A stretch of DNA of 26,140 bases from Candidatus Scalinduaceae bacterium (GTDB lineage Bacteria > Planctomycetota > Brocadiia > Brocadiales > Scalinduaceae): contig JBHICG010000047.1 in NCBI GenBank assembly GCA_046759445.1, positions 1-26,140 of the forward strand, in the 5' to 3' direction. Shown here one piece after another: positions 9,051 through 18,268 of this stretch. A program made the position numbers and the translations under genes. How positions within the stretch are numbered: the stretch's first letter is position 1; every line of letters begins with the position of its first letter. Below the pieces are notes generated by a model. The model was given only the letters and a program-made list of their open reading frames with translations. It was not told the origin of the DNA and made no database searches.

Positions 9051-10592
9051 ATGCGAAGATACCTTTTATTATTCTTTTGCTCCACTTTCTGTTTAACGTT
9101 CTATTCTATTCTCCTTGCAGGAGAAGACCTGCCTGAAAATGTACAGGCAGAAACACAGAACATTCGTGAACCTGCCGTAGCTGGGCGGTTTTATGCTGGT
9201 TCTGAAAGCGAACTTAGAAAACAGGTAAATAATTTGTTGAGCAAGGCACTCACAGAAAGCTTACCGGGTAAACCCATAGCCATAATTTCACCACACGCTG
9301 GATACCAATATTCAGGATCTGTTGCCGCATACGGTTATAATGCAGTTAAGGGATATAAATATAAACGAATAATTATAATTGCACCCAGTCACTACACAAG
9401 ATATATAGGAGCTTCAATCCTTGATGTTGAATATTATAAGACCCCACTAGGTACTATAAAGCTGGATGTGGGTGTCTGTAACAACCTCATTAATAGTCCA
9501 CCAATGATCGGAACATTTAAAAAAGCTCACGCCAGAGAGCACTCCCTTGAGACACAATTACCTTTTTTGCAAGCTGTCCTCAATGACTTTGAGCTTGTTC
9601 CCATGCTCATTAGCAGGCTCAATAATGAGGCCTTCGATTTTCTTGCTGAAAAAATAAAACCCTTGATTGACGAAGACACTCTGATAGTTGCAAGTACTGA
9701 TTTTACTCATTATGGAAATGGATATGGATATGTGCCGTTCAAAAAAGACGTGGAATCCAATATCAGAAAACTTGATTATGGAGCGTTCGAACGAATACTC
9801 GCTTTGGATTTTGATGGTTTTATCAATTATAAAAGAGCGACAGGGATAACTGCTTGTGGTTTTATGCCAGTGGCATTGTTATTGAAACTTTTACCTGAGG
9901 ATGCTCAGGGAAAGATTTTGCGTTATGATACCTCAGGCAATCTAACTGGTGATTTTAACAATTCCGTGAGCTATGCCTCGATTATCTTTACAAGAGGCAA
10001 GAAGAGTTCGGCTGTTATAGATAAGAAACCAGATTTAAATGACAATGAGAAATCAACCCTTATTAGGATTGCCAGAGACACATTAGAAACTTATATAAAA
10101 GAAAAAAAATTACCAGATGTAAACAATGGAAAATATGCATTTACCCAAAAACTAAAAGAAAAAAGAGGAGTATTTGTAACGCTTAATAAAAACGGTAGTC
10201 TTCGCGGCTGTATTGGGCACATTCTACCTAGAGAACCACTTTTTAAGGCAGTAATGGCAACCACCGTAAGTTCCTGCACAAACGACACCCGCTTTATACC
10301 CGTAAGCGAAGAAGAATTAACGGATTTGGAAATAGACATTTCCGTACTCAGCCCAATAAAGAAAATAAACGGGCCAGAAAAATTCATTCCGGGAAAACAC
10401 GGGATTATAATCCGTATGGGTAGTATGGGTGCTGTATTTCTTCCACAGGTAGCCACAGAACAGGGCTGGGATAGAGAAGAAACCTTTTGCCATCTCTGCA
10501 GGAAAGCAGGATTACCAGCATATGCTTGGAAAGATGACAATATGGAATTCTTTGTTTTTACGGCAGAAGTATTTAGCGAGCATAAGATATAA
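9051..10592 (+). CDS. amrB: AmmeMemoRadiSam protein B (Memo) fused to protein A (AMMECR1), with predicted signal peptide
   Basis: Memo motifs REPAVAGRFY, SPHAGY, PSH, EHSLE, STDFTHYG, TACG; AMMECR1 motifs GVFVTL, LRGCIG, GKHGIII, FLPQVA. Confidence 0.92.
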   Translation: MRRYLLLFFCSTFCLTFYSILLAGEDLPENVQAETQNIREPAVAGRFYAGSESELRKQVNNLLSKALTESLPGKPIAIISPHAGYQYSGSVAAYGYNAVKGYKYKRIIIIAPSHYTRYIGASILDVEYYKTPLGTIKLDVGVCNNLINSPPMIGTFKKAHAREHSLETQLPFLQAVLNDFELVPMLISRLNNEAFDFLAEKIKPLIDEDTLIVASTDFTHYGNGYGYVPFKKDVESNIRKLDYGAFERILALDFDGFINYKRATGITACGFMPVALLLKLLPEDAQGKILRYDTSGNLTGDFNNSVSYASIIFTRGKKSSAVIDKKPDLNDNEKSTLIRIARDTLETYIKEKKLPDVNNGKYAFTQKLKEKRGVFVTLNKNGSLRGCIGHILPREPLFKAVMATTVSSCTNDTRFIPVSEEELTDLEIDISVLSPIKKINGPEKFIPGKHGIIIRMGSMGAVFLPQVATEQGWDREETFCHLCRKAGLPAYAWKDDNMEFFVFTAEVFSEHKI

Positions 10593-10683
10593 CAACAAAT
10601 CCTAACCTGAATAAGCCTTAACTAAAAGGTATTAAATAGTATATTCAGATTTAAATTAGCGACTGAAAGGAGCTAATTTATAA

Positions 10684-11250
10684 ATGGATGAAAGAGAGAA
10701 GAAGTTATTGCTTCAGATTGCAAGAAAGAGTATAGAGTCCACAATAAAAGGTGTTCCATTTACTGAAACACAAGTGCAATTAAACTGTCAAGAGTTAGAA
10801 AAAGAGTTTGGCGCATTTGTAACGTTAAAAACACATGGAAAATTAAGAGGGTGTATAGGACGAATGGTTTCTGATATCCCTTTGTATAAGCTCGTTTCTG
10901 AGATGGCTATATCCGCGGCAATAGAGGATCCCAGATTTCAGTTCAATCGGATTCAACCTTCTGAATTAGACGATTTAGTAATAGAAATCTCAGTTCTATC
11001 ACCTTTACAAAGGATTGAAAATCCCCTTGACCTGGAACTTGGCAAACATGGGATTTATATAATAAAAGGTTTTAGAAATGGGTGCTTTTTGCCTCAAGTT
11101 GCTACTGAAACAGGATGGACAAAAGAAGAGTTTCTATCGCAATGTTGCCATACAAAAGCGGGTCTTTTGCCAGATGCCTGGAAAGAAAAAGACACAGAAG
11201 TTTACGTCTTTACGGTAGAGATTGTATCAGAAGCAATTGCTAAAATTTAA
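10684..11250 (+). CDS. amrA: AmmeMemoRadiSam protein A (AMMECR1 domain)
   Basis: GAFVTL, LRGCIG, EDPRF, EISVLSP, GKHGIYI, FLPQVA, KAGL. Confidence 0.93.
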   Translation: MDEREKKLLLQIARKSIESTIKGVPFTETQVQLNCQELEKEFGAFVTLKTHGKLRGCIGRMVSDIPLYKLVSEMAISAAIEDPRFQFNRIQPSELDDLVIEISVLSPLQRIENPLDLELGKHGIYIIKGFRNGCFLPQVATETGWTKEEFLSQCCHTKAGLLPDAWKEKDTEVYVFTVEIVSEAIAKI

Positions 11251-11293
11251 ATTGTTTATTTTACTTAGAGACATTTATAGGAACGAAAATAAA

Positions 11294-11587
11294 ATGAAAA
11301 AAGTTTATTACGAATTAAAGAACTTTACATATGGAGTGACCTTAATATTATTTTTAGTGCTAATGTGTAGCTGTGCATCTAATAAGACCTCAAGAGTAGG
11401 AACAGCGGTCGGTAACGCAGCAATAAGTAGTATTCCTGACACTGCTTCAGGTGCGGTTAGGGGGAGTACTTCTACGGCAATAAGTGGTGGCAAGGTACTG
11501 CAGGGTGCCCGCAGTGGAGCTGCAAGTGGTATAGGAAGCGCTGCAGGCGCCACCACAGGAGCAATCATACGTGAACTCCTTAAATAA
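11294..11587 (+). CDS. Small Gly/Ala/Ser-rich (glycine-zipper-like) lipoprotein
   Basis: MKK start at 11294, hydrophobic stretch ending in lipobox-like LMCSC, GxxxG/A repeats. Confidence 0.65.
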   Translation: MKKVYYELKNFTYGVTLILFLVLMCSCASNKTSRVGTAVGNAAISSIPDTASGAVRGSTSTAISGGKVLQGARSGAASGIGSAAGATTGAIIRELLK

Positions 11588-11694
11588 CACAATAGTTGTT
11601 TTCATTTAATTGCGATGTATAAACGTGTTAGTTCGAAAAACTCTATCATTTTAGAGAATGCTTCTACCATTCAAAATGATTTTCATATCTTCTT

Positions 11695-12309
11695 TCATGA
11701 TGAATTGGTATTTTTACATTTTATAATCTGAAAAAGTTCAAAAATGTTTACATTTTTCTTGAAGACTATTTTTAGGCTTGAGTTATGTAATAATTCTTCA
11801 AGGTTTATTGTTTTTCCCAGTCCGAGCGCGCTTTTTATGAAAGATAATGGCTTTTTAAACATGTTAATCAGGTTGTTGTTTCTACCAACGTAGTTTAAAA
11901 AGTAGAATTCTGCATTTTTTTTACATACTCGTTTCATTTCTTTGATTGTTTCAATTGGTTCTGAAATCACAGCTATTGAATGAGCGGCAATTACCTTGTC
12001 AAAACAATTGTTTTTAAACGCCATTTTAGAAGCATCCATTATGCATAGTTTTACATTGGAAAAATTTGATTGTCTTTTTCTTTCTTCTGCATGTTCAATC
12101 ATTTCTTGACATATATCAATTCCAATTACCTTTGCATGTTTTGGGTAAAAGGGTAAAGATATTCCCGTTCCAATCCCAACTTCCAGGATTTTCTCACCTT
12201 TTTGTATTTTCATCGATTCGCTTGCAATACGCCGTCCGGGTTGGAATATTTTACCAAACAGATGGTCATAAAAATGCGAATATACAGAATAAATTTTTTC
12301 GGGTTTCAT
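11695..12309 (-). CDS. Class I SAM methyltransferase, PmtA (phospholipid N-methyltransferase)-like
   Basis: YxxYSxFYDxLFGxIFxPGR N-terminus and ILEVGIGTGISLPFYP...GIDI motif I typical of Rhodobacter-type PmtA. Confidence 0.75.
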   Translation of the reverse strand: MKPEKIYSVYSHFYDHLFGKIFQPGRRIASESMKIQKGEKILEVGIGTGISLPFYPKHAKVIGIDICQEMIEHAEERKRQSNFSNVKLCIMDASKMAFKNNCFDKVIAAHSIAVISEPIETIKEMKRVCKKNAEFYFLNYVGRNNNLINMFKKPLSFIKSALGLGKTINLEELLHNSSLKIVFKKNVNIFELFQIIKCKNTNSS

Positions 12310-12357
12310 TTTTATGTAGAAAAATCCTTACTGGTACAAACTAACGTGTTAAATAAT

Positions 12358-13872
12358 CTATTTTTGGGTTACTGAAGAATTCATGCTATGACTGTATGTT
12401 ACTAATAATCTGCATATGGCGTCTTGAAGACGCTTTGCATGCCTTGTGCCGCCTTTGATATTATTTATTATTATTGAAAATGCTATTATTTCTTTATCTA
12501 ATGTTTTTATATATCCGGAAAGTGCACTTACCCCATGCACATAGCCTGTCTTCGCCCTTATCCGGAATCTATAAGGTTCTTCTTTTAAACGATTTTTAAG
12601 AGTGCCATCTATCCCAGAAATTGGTAGTGATTTCAAGAAAACAGGGGCGTATTTGTGTTTATTCATAATGTATAACAATTTTGTTATCATTTGAGGTGAT
12701 AATTTATTTTTTTTTGACAAGCCAGAGCCGTCTTCAAATTGATATTGTTCTTCAGAAAATCCTAATTTCGCAAGAAAGTCCTTTATAACGTTCAGTCCAG
12801 CAGAAAAACTTCCTTCTTTCTTAATATGTGCTCCAAGGGTTTTTAATATTTGCTCTGCGTAAAATCCCTGACTACGTTTGTTTGTCACCATTATAGATTG
12901 TCGTAAATTAGAGGTAGTTTCTGTTAATTTATGAGTTTTATGTTTTGAATTTAAGTCAGTAGAGTTAATTACTCTCGCTTTTCCATTAATCTGGATATTC
13001 TTATTTTCTAATATCTCTTTAAAAACAGCAGCAGTATATAAGGGTGGATTATGAATGGTAATCCATTGCTTTTGTAGCTGTGCTTTTATCCATACATAAC
13101 CTTTAATATAAATTATGCTTGTTGATGGTTTTCTATGCAATGAATAAGAATGTTTTGATTTTAACGTAGTAGTTTTACAATTGTTAATAATTTCAACATA
13201 AGATGTTTTTGGCTCAGTTTGTATGTTTACGGAAGCTCCAGGTTTTTTGTTTGTTTGGACTATAATATTAATGCAATTGTCATTAAAAGAAAGACCGCTG
13301 ACTGGTGCACAGTACCATTTAGAAAGTTGATTTTTTGGCCAACTATCACAAATAAATTCTCTATCGAAGATAGTATCATCGGCAATAATATCACCAGTAA
13401 TTATTTTTATGCCTTGTTGCTTTACTGCATTAGCCCAGAGGTTTGGGACGGCTGTTGCGTTATCTTCATGGAATCTTCCTGATATATTCGGATCACCACT
13501 TCCTTTTATAATAATATCGCCATTTAGTTTACCATCAGAAGAAATATTTCCACGATAAAAAATTTTTGTTTTATATTCGAAATCTGGTCTAAGATAAATT
13601 AGGGCAGTAGCCGTAGTAAATAACTTCATATTGGAAGCGACTATAAATGGTTTGTCAGAATTAAGCCTGTATAAGGACTTCTTCTTACTTATAGAAAATA
13701 TACTTATACCAACAAAAGCATCTTTTGGTTTATGTTTGTATAATATAGTATTTATTTTTTTCGTAAGTGTTGTTTCTTGAGGTGTACACCAAGTGTTCTC
13801 TGGATATATGCTAAAAACAAAGGTGAATATTAAGAAATAGATGGTTTGTTTAATTCGAGGGATGAGTTTCAT
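12358..13872 (-). CDS. dacB: D-Ala-D-Ala carboxypeptidase/endopeptidase (PBP4, peptidase S13)
   Basis: Signal peptide; ASNMK (SxxK), GSGDP, DGSGLS, GTLKNR, AKTG; the SxN position reads SQG. Confidence 0.93.
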   Translation of the reverse strand: MKLIPRIKQTIYFLIFTFVFSIYPENTWCTPQETTLTKKINTILYKHKPKDAFVGISIFSISKKKSLYRLNSDKPFIVASNMKLFTTATALIYLRPDFEYKTKIFYRGNISSDGKLNGDIIIKGSGDPNISGRFHEDNATAVPNLWANAVKQQGIKIITGDIIADDTIFDREFICDSWPKNQLSKWYCAPVSGLSFNDNCINIIVQTNKKPGASVNIQTEPKTSYVEIINNCKTTTLKSKHSYSLHRKPSTSIIYIKGYVWIKAQLQKQWITIHNPPLYTAAVFKEILENKNIQINGKARVINSTDLNSKHKTHKLTETTSNLRQSIMVTNKRSQGFYAEQILKTLGAHIKKEGSFSAGLNVIKDFLAKLGFSEEQYQFEDGSGLSKKNKLSPQMITKLLYIMNKHKYAPVFLKSLPISGIDGTLKNRLKEEPYRFRIRAKTGYVHGVSALSGYIKTLDKEIIAFSIIINNIKGGTRHAKRLQDAICRLLVTYSHSMNSSVTQK

Positions 13873-13873
13873 C

Positions 13874-14269
13874 TTAAAGGTAGTTTTTGCCTACCTTGTT
13901 AGAATGGTATGTAAGTATTTTCTTTACTGTACGTAAGAAAGAATTTCTGTCAATGGGCTTTGGGATATAACCCTGAGCTCCCGCCTTCATTGTTAATGCC
14001 TTTAATCGTTTAGAATTGTTTCCATGTATCAATATAACTGGAATAAAAGGGTTTATGGTTTTAAGCTTTTTTAGGATTTCTATACCTGGTGTATCCTTTA
14101 CCATAAAACCAATTATTGCTAAATCCATTCTTCTCTCTTCAAGGATTGTTGATGCAACCTTAATACTCAATGCAACTTCAGTTTCGTAACCGTTTAATTC
14201 AAAAAAATCTCTTAATTCATCTACTGTGTCTCTTGCATCTGCAACTATTAATATTCTTGTGATACTCAT
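13874..14269 (-). CDS. Single-domain receiver protein, atypical (no phosphoacceptor Asp)
   Basis: CheY-like pattern RILIVAD...DLAIIG...PGIEILKKLK...PVILIHG...GAQGYIPKP. Confidence 0.85.
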   Translation of the reverse strand: MSITRILIVADARDTVDELRDFFELNGYETEVALSIKVASTILEERRMDLAIIGFMVKDTPGIEILKKLKTINPFIPVILIHGNNSKRLKALTMKAGAQGYIPKPIDRNSFLRTVKKILTYHSNKVGKNYL

Positions 14270-14417
14270 TTTTAATCAGATAAAAATTATTACCTAAATG
14301 TTTTTAACTAAAAGCACGTTGAAGAAACAAATTGGCTACTAATTAATTGATGTCTTTTGATATTTGTATTTTTCTCAAAATTTATAGAAAAATTTGTTTT
14401 TTAAAATGCAAACACAA

Positions 14418-14771
14418 TGGTGGAGGCGGCGGGAATCGAACCCGCGTCCCAAAGTATTTCAGCAAAGGTATCTACACACGTAGTCTATCTTTTTATTTCA
14501 TCGTATAAAACGCCGATAGACAGGCTTTAAAAACGACAATCTCAACTTAAGATTTCGTCAAACCTCCGTTGAGCAAAAAGGTTAAACTATCCTGTTATTT
14601 TTCGCCCGTTCAAACCCCACAGGCTGAGTTGAAGGACGCGGCTGTTTTTATGCAGCCAATGCTAGTTCTTGATCAGCATTTAAATTGTTGTCAGGTTTTT
14701 AATGAGGCCTCCTGACTACCTCAGCATGCAACCTTTTGCCTCTATCTACTCGGTCGAAGCCTTTCGCCCCC
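14418..14771 (-). ncRNA. ssrA: tmRNA; tag peptide (A)ADQELALAA* at 14648-14677
   Basis: 5' GGGGGCG pairs with 3' CGCCTCC-ACCA (G3:U wobble); T-arm GCGGGTTCGATTCCCGC; tag ends LAA-stop; adjacent to smpB. Confidence 0.97.
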
Positions 14772-14800
14772 TTTGTTTATGGGAATATCTACAAAAACTT

Positions 14801-15241
14801 TTACTTTTTAACAATACGTTCAATTTCACGTTCAATTGTTTTCTTTTTTATGGCTTCTCTTTTGTCCACTAAGCGTTTGCCACGAGCAACGGCTAATTCT
14901 ACCTTAATTATCCCTTTTCTTATATAAAGTGATAGTGGAACTAAAGAAAGTCCCTTTTGTTGTATTTTTCCAATTAATTTTTTAATCTCGCGTTTATGAA
15001 GGAGTAGTTTTCTTACACGTTTAGGATCATGATTATCACGATTTCCACACTCATATGGGCTTATGTGTAAATTGTAAAGAAAAACCTCTCCATTTTTTGT
15101 TTGTGCATAGCTTTCCCCTATGCTTACGTTTCTTTTACGAACAGATTTAACTTCAGTGCCCCTTAATGATATTCCTGCTTCTATTTTTTCAATGATTTCA
15201 TATTGGAAACGAGCCTTCTTGTTTATTGAAATGATTTCCAT
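14801..15241 (-). CDS. smpB: SsrA-binding protein
   Basis: NKKARFQY, EAGISLRGTEVKS, RKLLLHKREI, ARGK..DKRE; ATG at 15241 preferred over 15277. Confidence 0.97.
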   Translation of the reverse strand: MEIISINKKARFQYEIIEKIEAGISLRGTEVKSVRKRNVSIGESYAQTKNGEVFLYNLHISPYECGNRDNHDPKRVRKLLLHKREIKKLIGKIQQKGLSLVPLSLYIRKGIIKVELAVARGKRLVDKREAIKKKTIEREIERIVKK

Positions 15242-15551
15242 AGCATAACTTATTGTACATATTAAACATACTAGCAAATAAAATATTAATATTCAAGTAT
15301 TATATATAATTCATTTGACTATATAAACATACATATTATAACATTATCTTAATGATGTCGCAATCTGCTGATATGTGAATTAGTTTTAGTAGAATCATAT
15401 AATTTTGTAAGTGTCTATAACAGTAAATGCTTTTGTGTTAGATTTTAACTCTAATAAAGATAAGATGTTAGCTGATCACAATACTATATAAATTCTGCGA
15501 TATTTGGTTAAGAAGTATGAGTCATTTGGGGCCTAAACTGATTTCTTTACG

Positions 15552-15635
15552 GCCGAAGTGGCGGAACTGGCAGACGCGTTAGGTTCAGGACCTAATGTCC
15601 GCAAGGATGTCGGGGTTCGAATCCCCGCTTCGGCA
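15552..15635 (+). tRNA. tRNA-Leu(CAG), CCA not encoded
   Basis: Acceptor stem GCCGAAG/CTTCGGC-A, anticodon arm TTAGG-TTCAGGA-CCTAA, long variable arm, GGTTCGAATCC. Confidence 0.97.
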
Positions 15636-15719
15636 TGTTTTGTCACAAAGGCTTTAACTATCTAATTTTTTGGTGTTTAATTGCAATCTTCAATATTGTG
15701 GAACTATTACATTACAAAC

Positions 15720-15777
15720 TGCCAGTATGACATTTAAGGGTAATAGTGAAATATTGAACGACTGTCATACTGACAGT
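15720..15777. promoter_or_regulatory. Pair of TG(T/C)CA-N3-TGACA boxes, candidate enhancer sites
   Basis: TGCCAGTATGACA (15720-15732) and ACTGTCA-TAC-TGACAGT (15761-15777); 12/13 inverted match to each other. Confidence 0.6.
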
Positions 15778-15906
15778 GGTTAACAAAAGGTTTATTTATG
15801 TTGAAAATATTTTTAATTTTGTAAAACATTATGATTTGTAAATATTTACCTCATAGAGGGATATTAAGATTGAAAAAGAGCTGGTAATTATTATTTGTGA
15901 TATATT

Positions 15907-15922
15907 AGGCACTTATTTTGCT
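15907..15922 (+). promoter_or_regulatory. Sigma54 -24/-12 promoter of groEL
   Basis: AGGCACTTATTTTGCT = GG-N10-GC, close to TGGCAC-N5-TTGCW. Confidence 0.65.
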
Positions 15923-15989
15923 CTTTCTTTAACACATTATTGAATAACTCTGATATTGAAAAAATAGAAGAAAAGGAGGTTTTTAAAGA

Positions 15990-17630
15990 ATGGCCGAAAA
16001 GAAAAAAATTGTATTTGAGCAACAGGCTTTTGAAGCATTAAAAGCTGGAATTGACAAGCTTGCTTCAGCGGTCAAGATAACATTGGGTCCAAGAGGAAGG
16101 AATGTAATATTGCAAAAGAGTTTTGGATCACCAACAATAACCAAAGATGGTGTAACGGTTGCAAAAGAGATTGAACTTGAAGACCATATAGAAAATATAG
16201 GAGCTCAACTTGTAAAGTCTGTGGCATCAAAAACTAGCGATGTTGCTGGTGATGGTACAACTACTGCTACTGTATTGGCAGAGGCTTTGTTTTTAGAGGG
16301 TTTGAAGAATGTTGTTGCTGGTTCAGATGCTATGGCAATTCAACGAGGTATTAAGAAGGCAGTGGATAAGGTAGTAGAGGATTTGAAAGCGATGAGTATT
16401 CCCGTAAAAGGTAGAAAGGAAATAGAACAGGTTGGAACGGTATCATCGAATCAAGATCCAGAGATAGGAAAGATTATTGCTGACGCAATGGAAAAAGTAG
16501 GAAAGGATGGTGTTATTACGGTTGAGGACGGGCAAGGTTTACAAACTGAATCAAAATGGATAGAAGGTTTACAATTCGATAAAGGATATCTTTCACCATA
16601 TTTAGTGACAGATCCATCAAAGATGCAGGTTATATTGGAAGACCCTTATATACTTATACATGAGAAAAAGATTTCATCAGCAAAGAGTATATTACCTATA
16701 TTAGAAAAGGTTGCGCAGAAAGGAAAGGCACTTTTAATAATTTCGGAAGACATTGAAGGAGAGGCGTTAACCCTATTGGTGGTTAATAAACTACGAGGAA
16801 CTTTAAAATGCGCTGCTGTCAAGGCTCCCGGATATGGTGATAGAAGGAAATCAATGATGCAGGATATTGCAATACTTACTGGAGGACAAGCAATTTTTGA
16901 AGATCTGGGCATTAACTTGGAAGGAGTGGAACTTAAAGACTTGGGAAGAGCCAAGAAGGTCGAAATTGACAAGGAAAATACTACCATTATAGAGGGTTCT
17001 GGCAGTAGTAAAGAGATTCAAGGGAGGATTGAACAAATCAGAACGGAAATACAAGCCACTACTTCAGACTATGATCGTGAGAAATTGGACGAAAGACTCG
17101 CAAAGTTGACGGGTGGTGTGGCTCAGATTTTTGTTGGCGCAGCAACCGAGAGCGAAATGAAGGAGAAAAAAGCCAGAGTAGAAGATGCTTTGCATGCCAC
17201 AAGGGCCGCAGTTGAGGAGGGTATACTACCAGGTGGGGGGGTATCCTATATTCGTACAATTGATAAATTAAAAGACCTTAAACTTAAGGGGGATGAAGCA
17301 ATAGGAGTTGATATTGTTCGTAGGGCGTTATCTGCGCCCCTAAAACAAATTGCTGAAAATTCAGGCGTTAATGCTGCGATTGTTGTGGAAAAGGTTGCCG
17401 AGGCTAAAGGAAATGAGGGATATGATGCGAGTGCGGCTAAATATTGTGATATGGTTAAACAAGGGATAGTTGATCCGACTAAAGTTGTAAGGGCTGCGCT
17501 TCAAAATGCTTCAAGTGTTGCAACACTTTTATTAACCACTGACGCAATAATTGGAAAAGTACCTGAAAAGAAAAAGATGCCACCTATGCCACCTGGTGGA
17601 GGTTATGGTGGATATGGAGACATGTATTAA
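15990..17630 (+). CDS. groL: Chaperonin GroEL (no adjacent groES)
   Basis: [33 protein letters not shown]-terminal [25 protein letters not shown]. Confidence 0.98.
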   Translation: MAEKKKIVFEQQAFEALKAGIDKLASAVKITLGPRGRNVILQKSFGSPTITKDGVTVAKEIELEDHIENIGAQLVKSVASKTSDVAGDGTTTATVLAEALFLEGLKNVVAGSDAMAIQRGIKKAVDKVVEDLKAMSIPVKGRKEIEQVGTVSSNQDPEIGKIIADAMEKVGKDGVITVEDGQGLQTESKWIEGLQFDKGYLSPYLVTDPSKMQVILEDPYILIHEKKISSAKSILPILEKVAQKGKALLIISEDIEGEALTLLVVNKLRGTLKCAAVKAPGYGDRRKSMMQDIAILTGGQAIFEDLGINLEGVELKDLGRAKKVEIDKENTTIIEGSGSSKEIQGRIEQIRTEIQATTSDYDREKLDERLAKLTGGVAQIFVGAATESEMKEKKARVEDALHATRAAVEEGILPGGGVSYIRTIDKLKDLKLKGDEAIGVDIVRRALSAPLKQIAENSGVNAAIVVEKVAEAKGNEGYDASAAKYCDMVKQGIVDPTKVVRAALQNASSVATLLLTTDAIIGKVPEKKKMPPMPPGGGYGGYGDMY

Positions 17631-17666
17631 CATAAATATACTATAAAACTTGATATGTGGTTTCTT

Positions 17667-17707
17667 AAAAAAAGGCCGTCCTCTATGTTCTTAGGATGGC
17701 TTTTTTT
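17667..17707 (+). terminator. Rho-independent terminator after groEL (possibly bidirectional)
   Basis: A7, stem GCCGTCCT/AGGATGGC, T7. Confidence 0.75.
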
Positions 17708-17812
17708 ATTGAATGGATTTTTAAAACTTGTTAGTATTTATTCGTTTAGTTTAAAATAAATACAAGCGAATATTGAACATAAGCATATTTAAAAAGAAGA
17801 AAAGAGGAAACT

Positions 17813-18262
17813 ATGGCCTTTTTATCAGATGAATTAACACGAAAAATGATGGCGAAGCATAGTAATATTGAAAAGCTTTTTGAAGAATTCTTCTTTATGG
17901 GCAAAAATTATGAAATTACTTCATCAACTCCATGGCAACCTCCTACCGATGTATATGAAACCGAAAAGGATATTATCGTAAAAATGGCGGTTTCCGGACT
18001 TAAGCCCGAAGACATATCTGTTTTGTTTTCTGATTACGTGCTTACAGTAAGCGGCGAAAGAAGCGATAATTCCGCTCATCAAAAGATATGTTTTTATCAG
18101 GTCGAGATAAGATATGGGTATTTTGAAAGAAAAATAAAGGTTCCAAAAAATGTTGATGCAAATAATATTAGGGCGACGTATGAGGGTGGATTTATAATGA
18201 TAGTTATTCCAAAGGCTGAAAAACCCATTACTTCTACAATCTCAATTAAGATTACATATTAA
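17813..18262 (+). CDS. Hsp20/alpha-crystallin small heat-shock protein
   Basis: WQPPTDVYET, LTVSGER, EIRYGYFER, ATYEGGFIMIVIPK. Confidence 0.93.
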   Translation: MAFLSDELTRKMMAKHSNIEKLFEEFFFMGKNYEITSSTPWQPPTDVYETEKDIIVKMAVSGLKPEDISVLFSDYVLTVSGERSDNSAHQKICFYQVEIRYGYFERKIKVPKNVDANNIRATYEGGFIMIVIPKAEKPITSTISIKITY

Positions 18263-18268
18263 TTAGAA

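Noticed and set aside
12338..12349. AAACTAACGTGT shared (inverted) with 26046-26057
   Set aside because: A 12-bp AT-rich match without a matching -35 context; chance is plausible
14418..15635. Island or prophage integrated at ssrA or tRNA-Leu
   Set aside because: No integrase and no duplicated 3' ends seen; the flanks are housekeeping genes
15905..15935. CIRCE operator upstream of groEL
   Set aside because: TTAGGCACT resembles the left arm only; there is no GAGTGCTAA arm, and a sigma54 motif fits better
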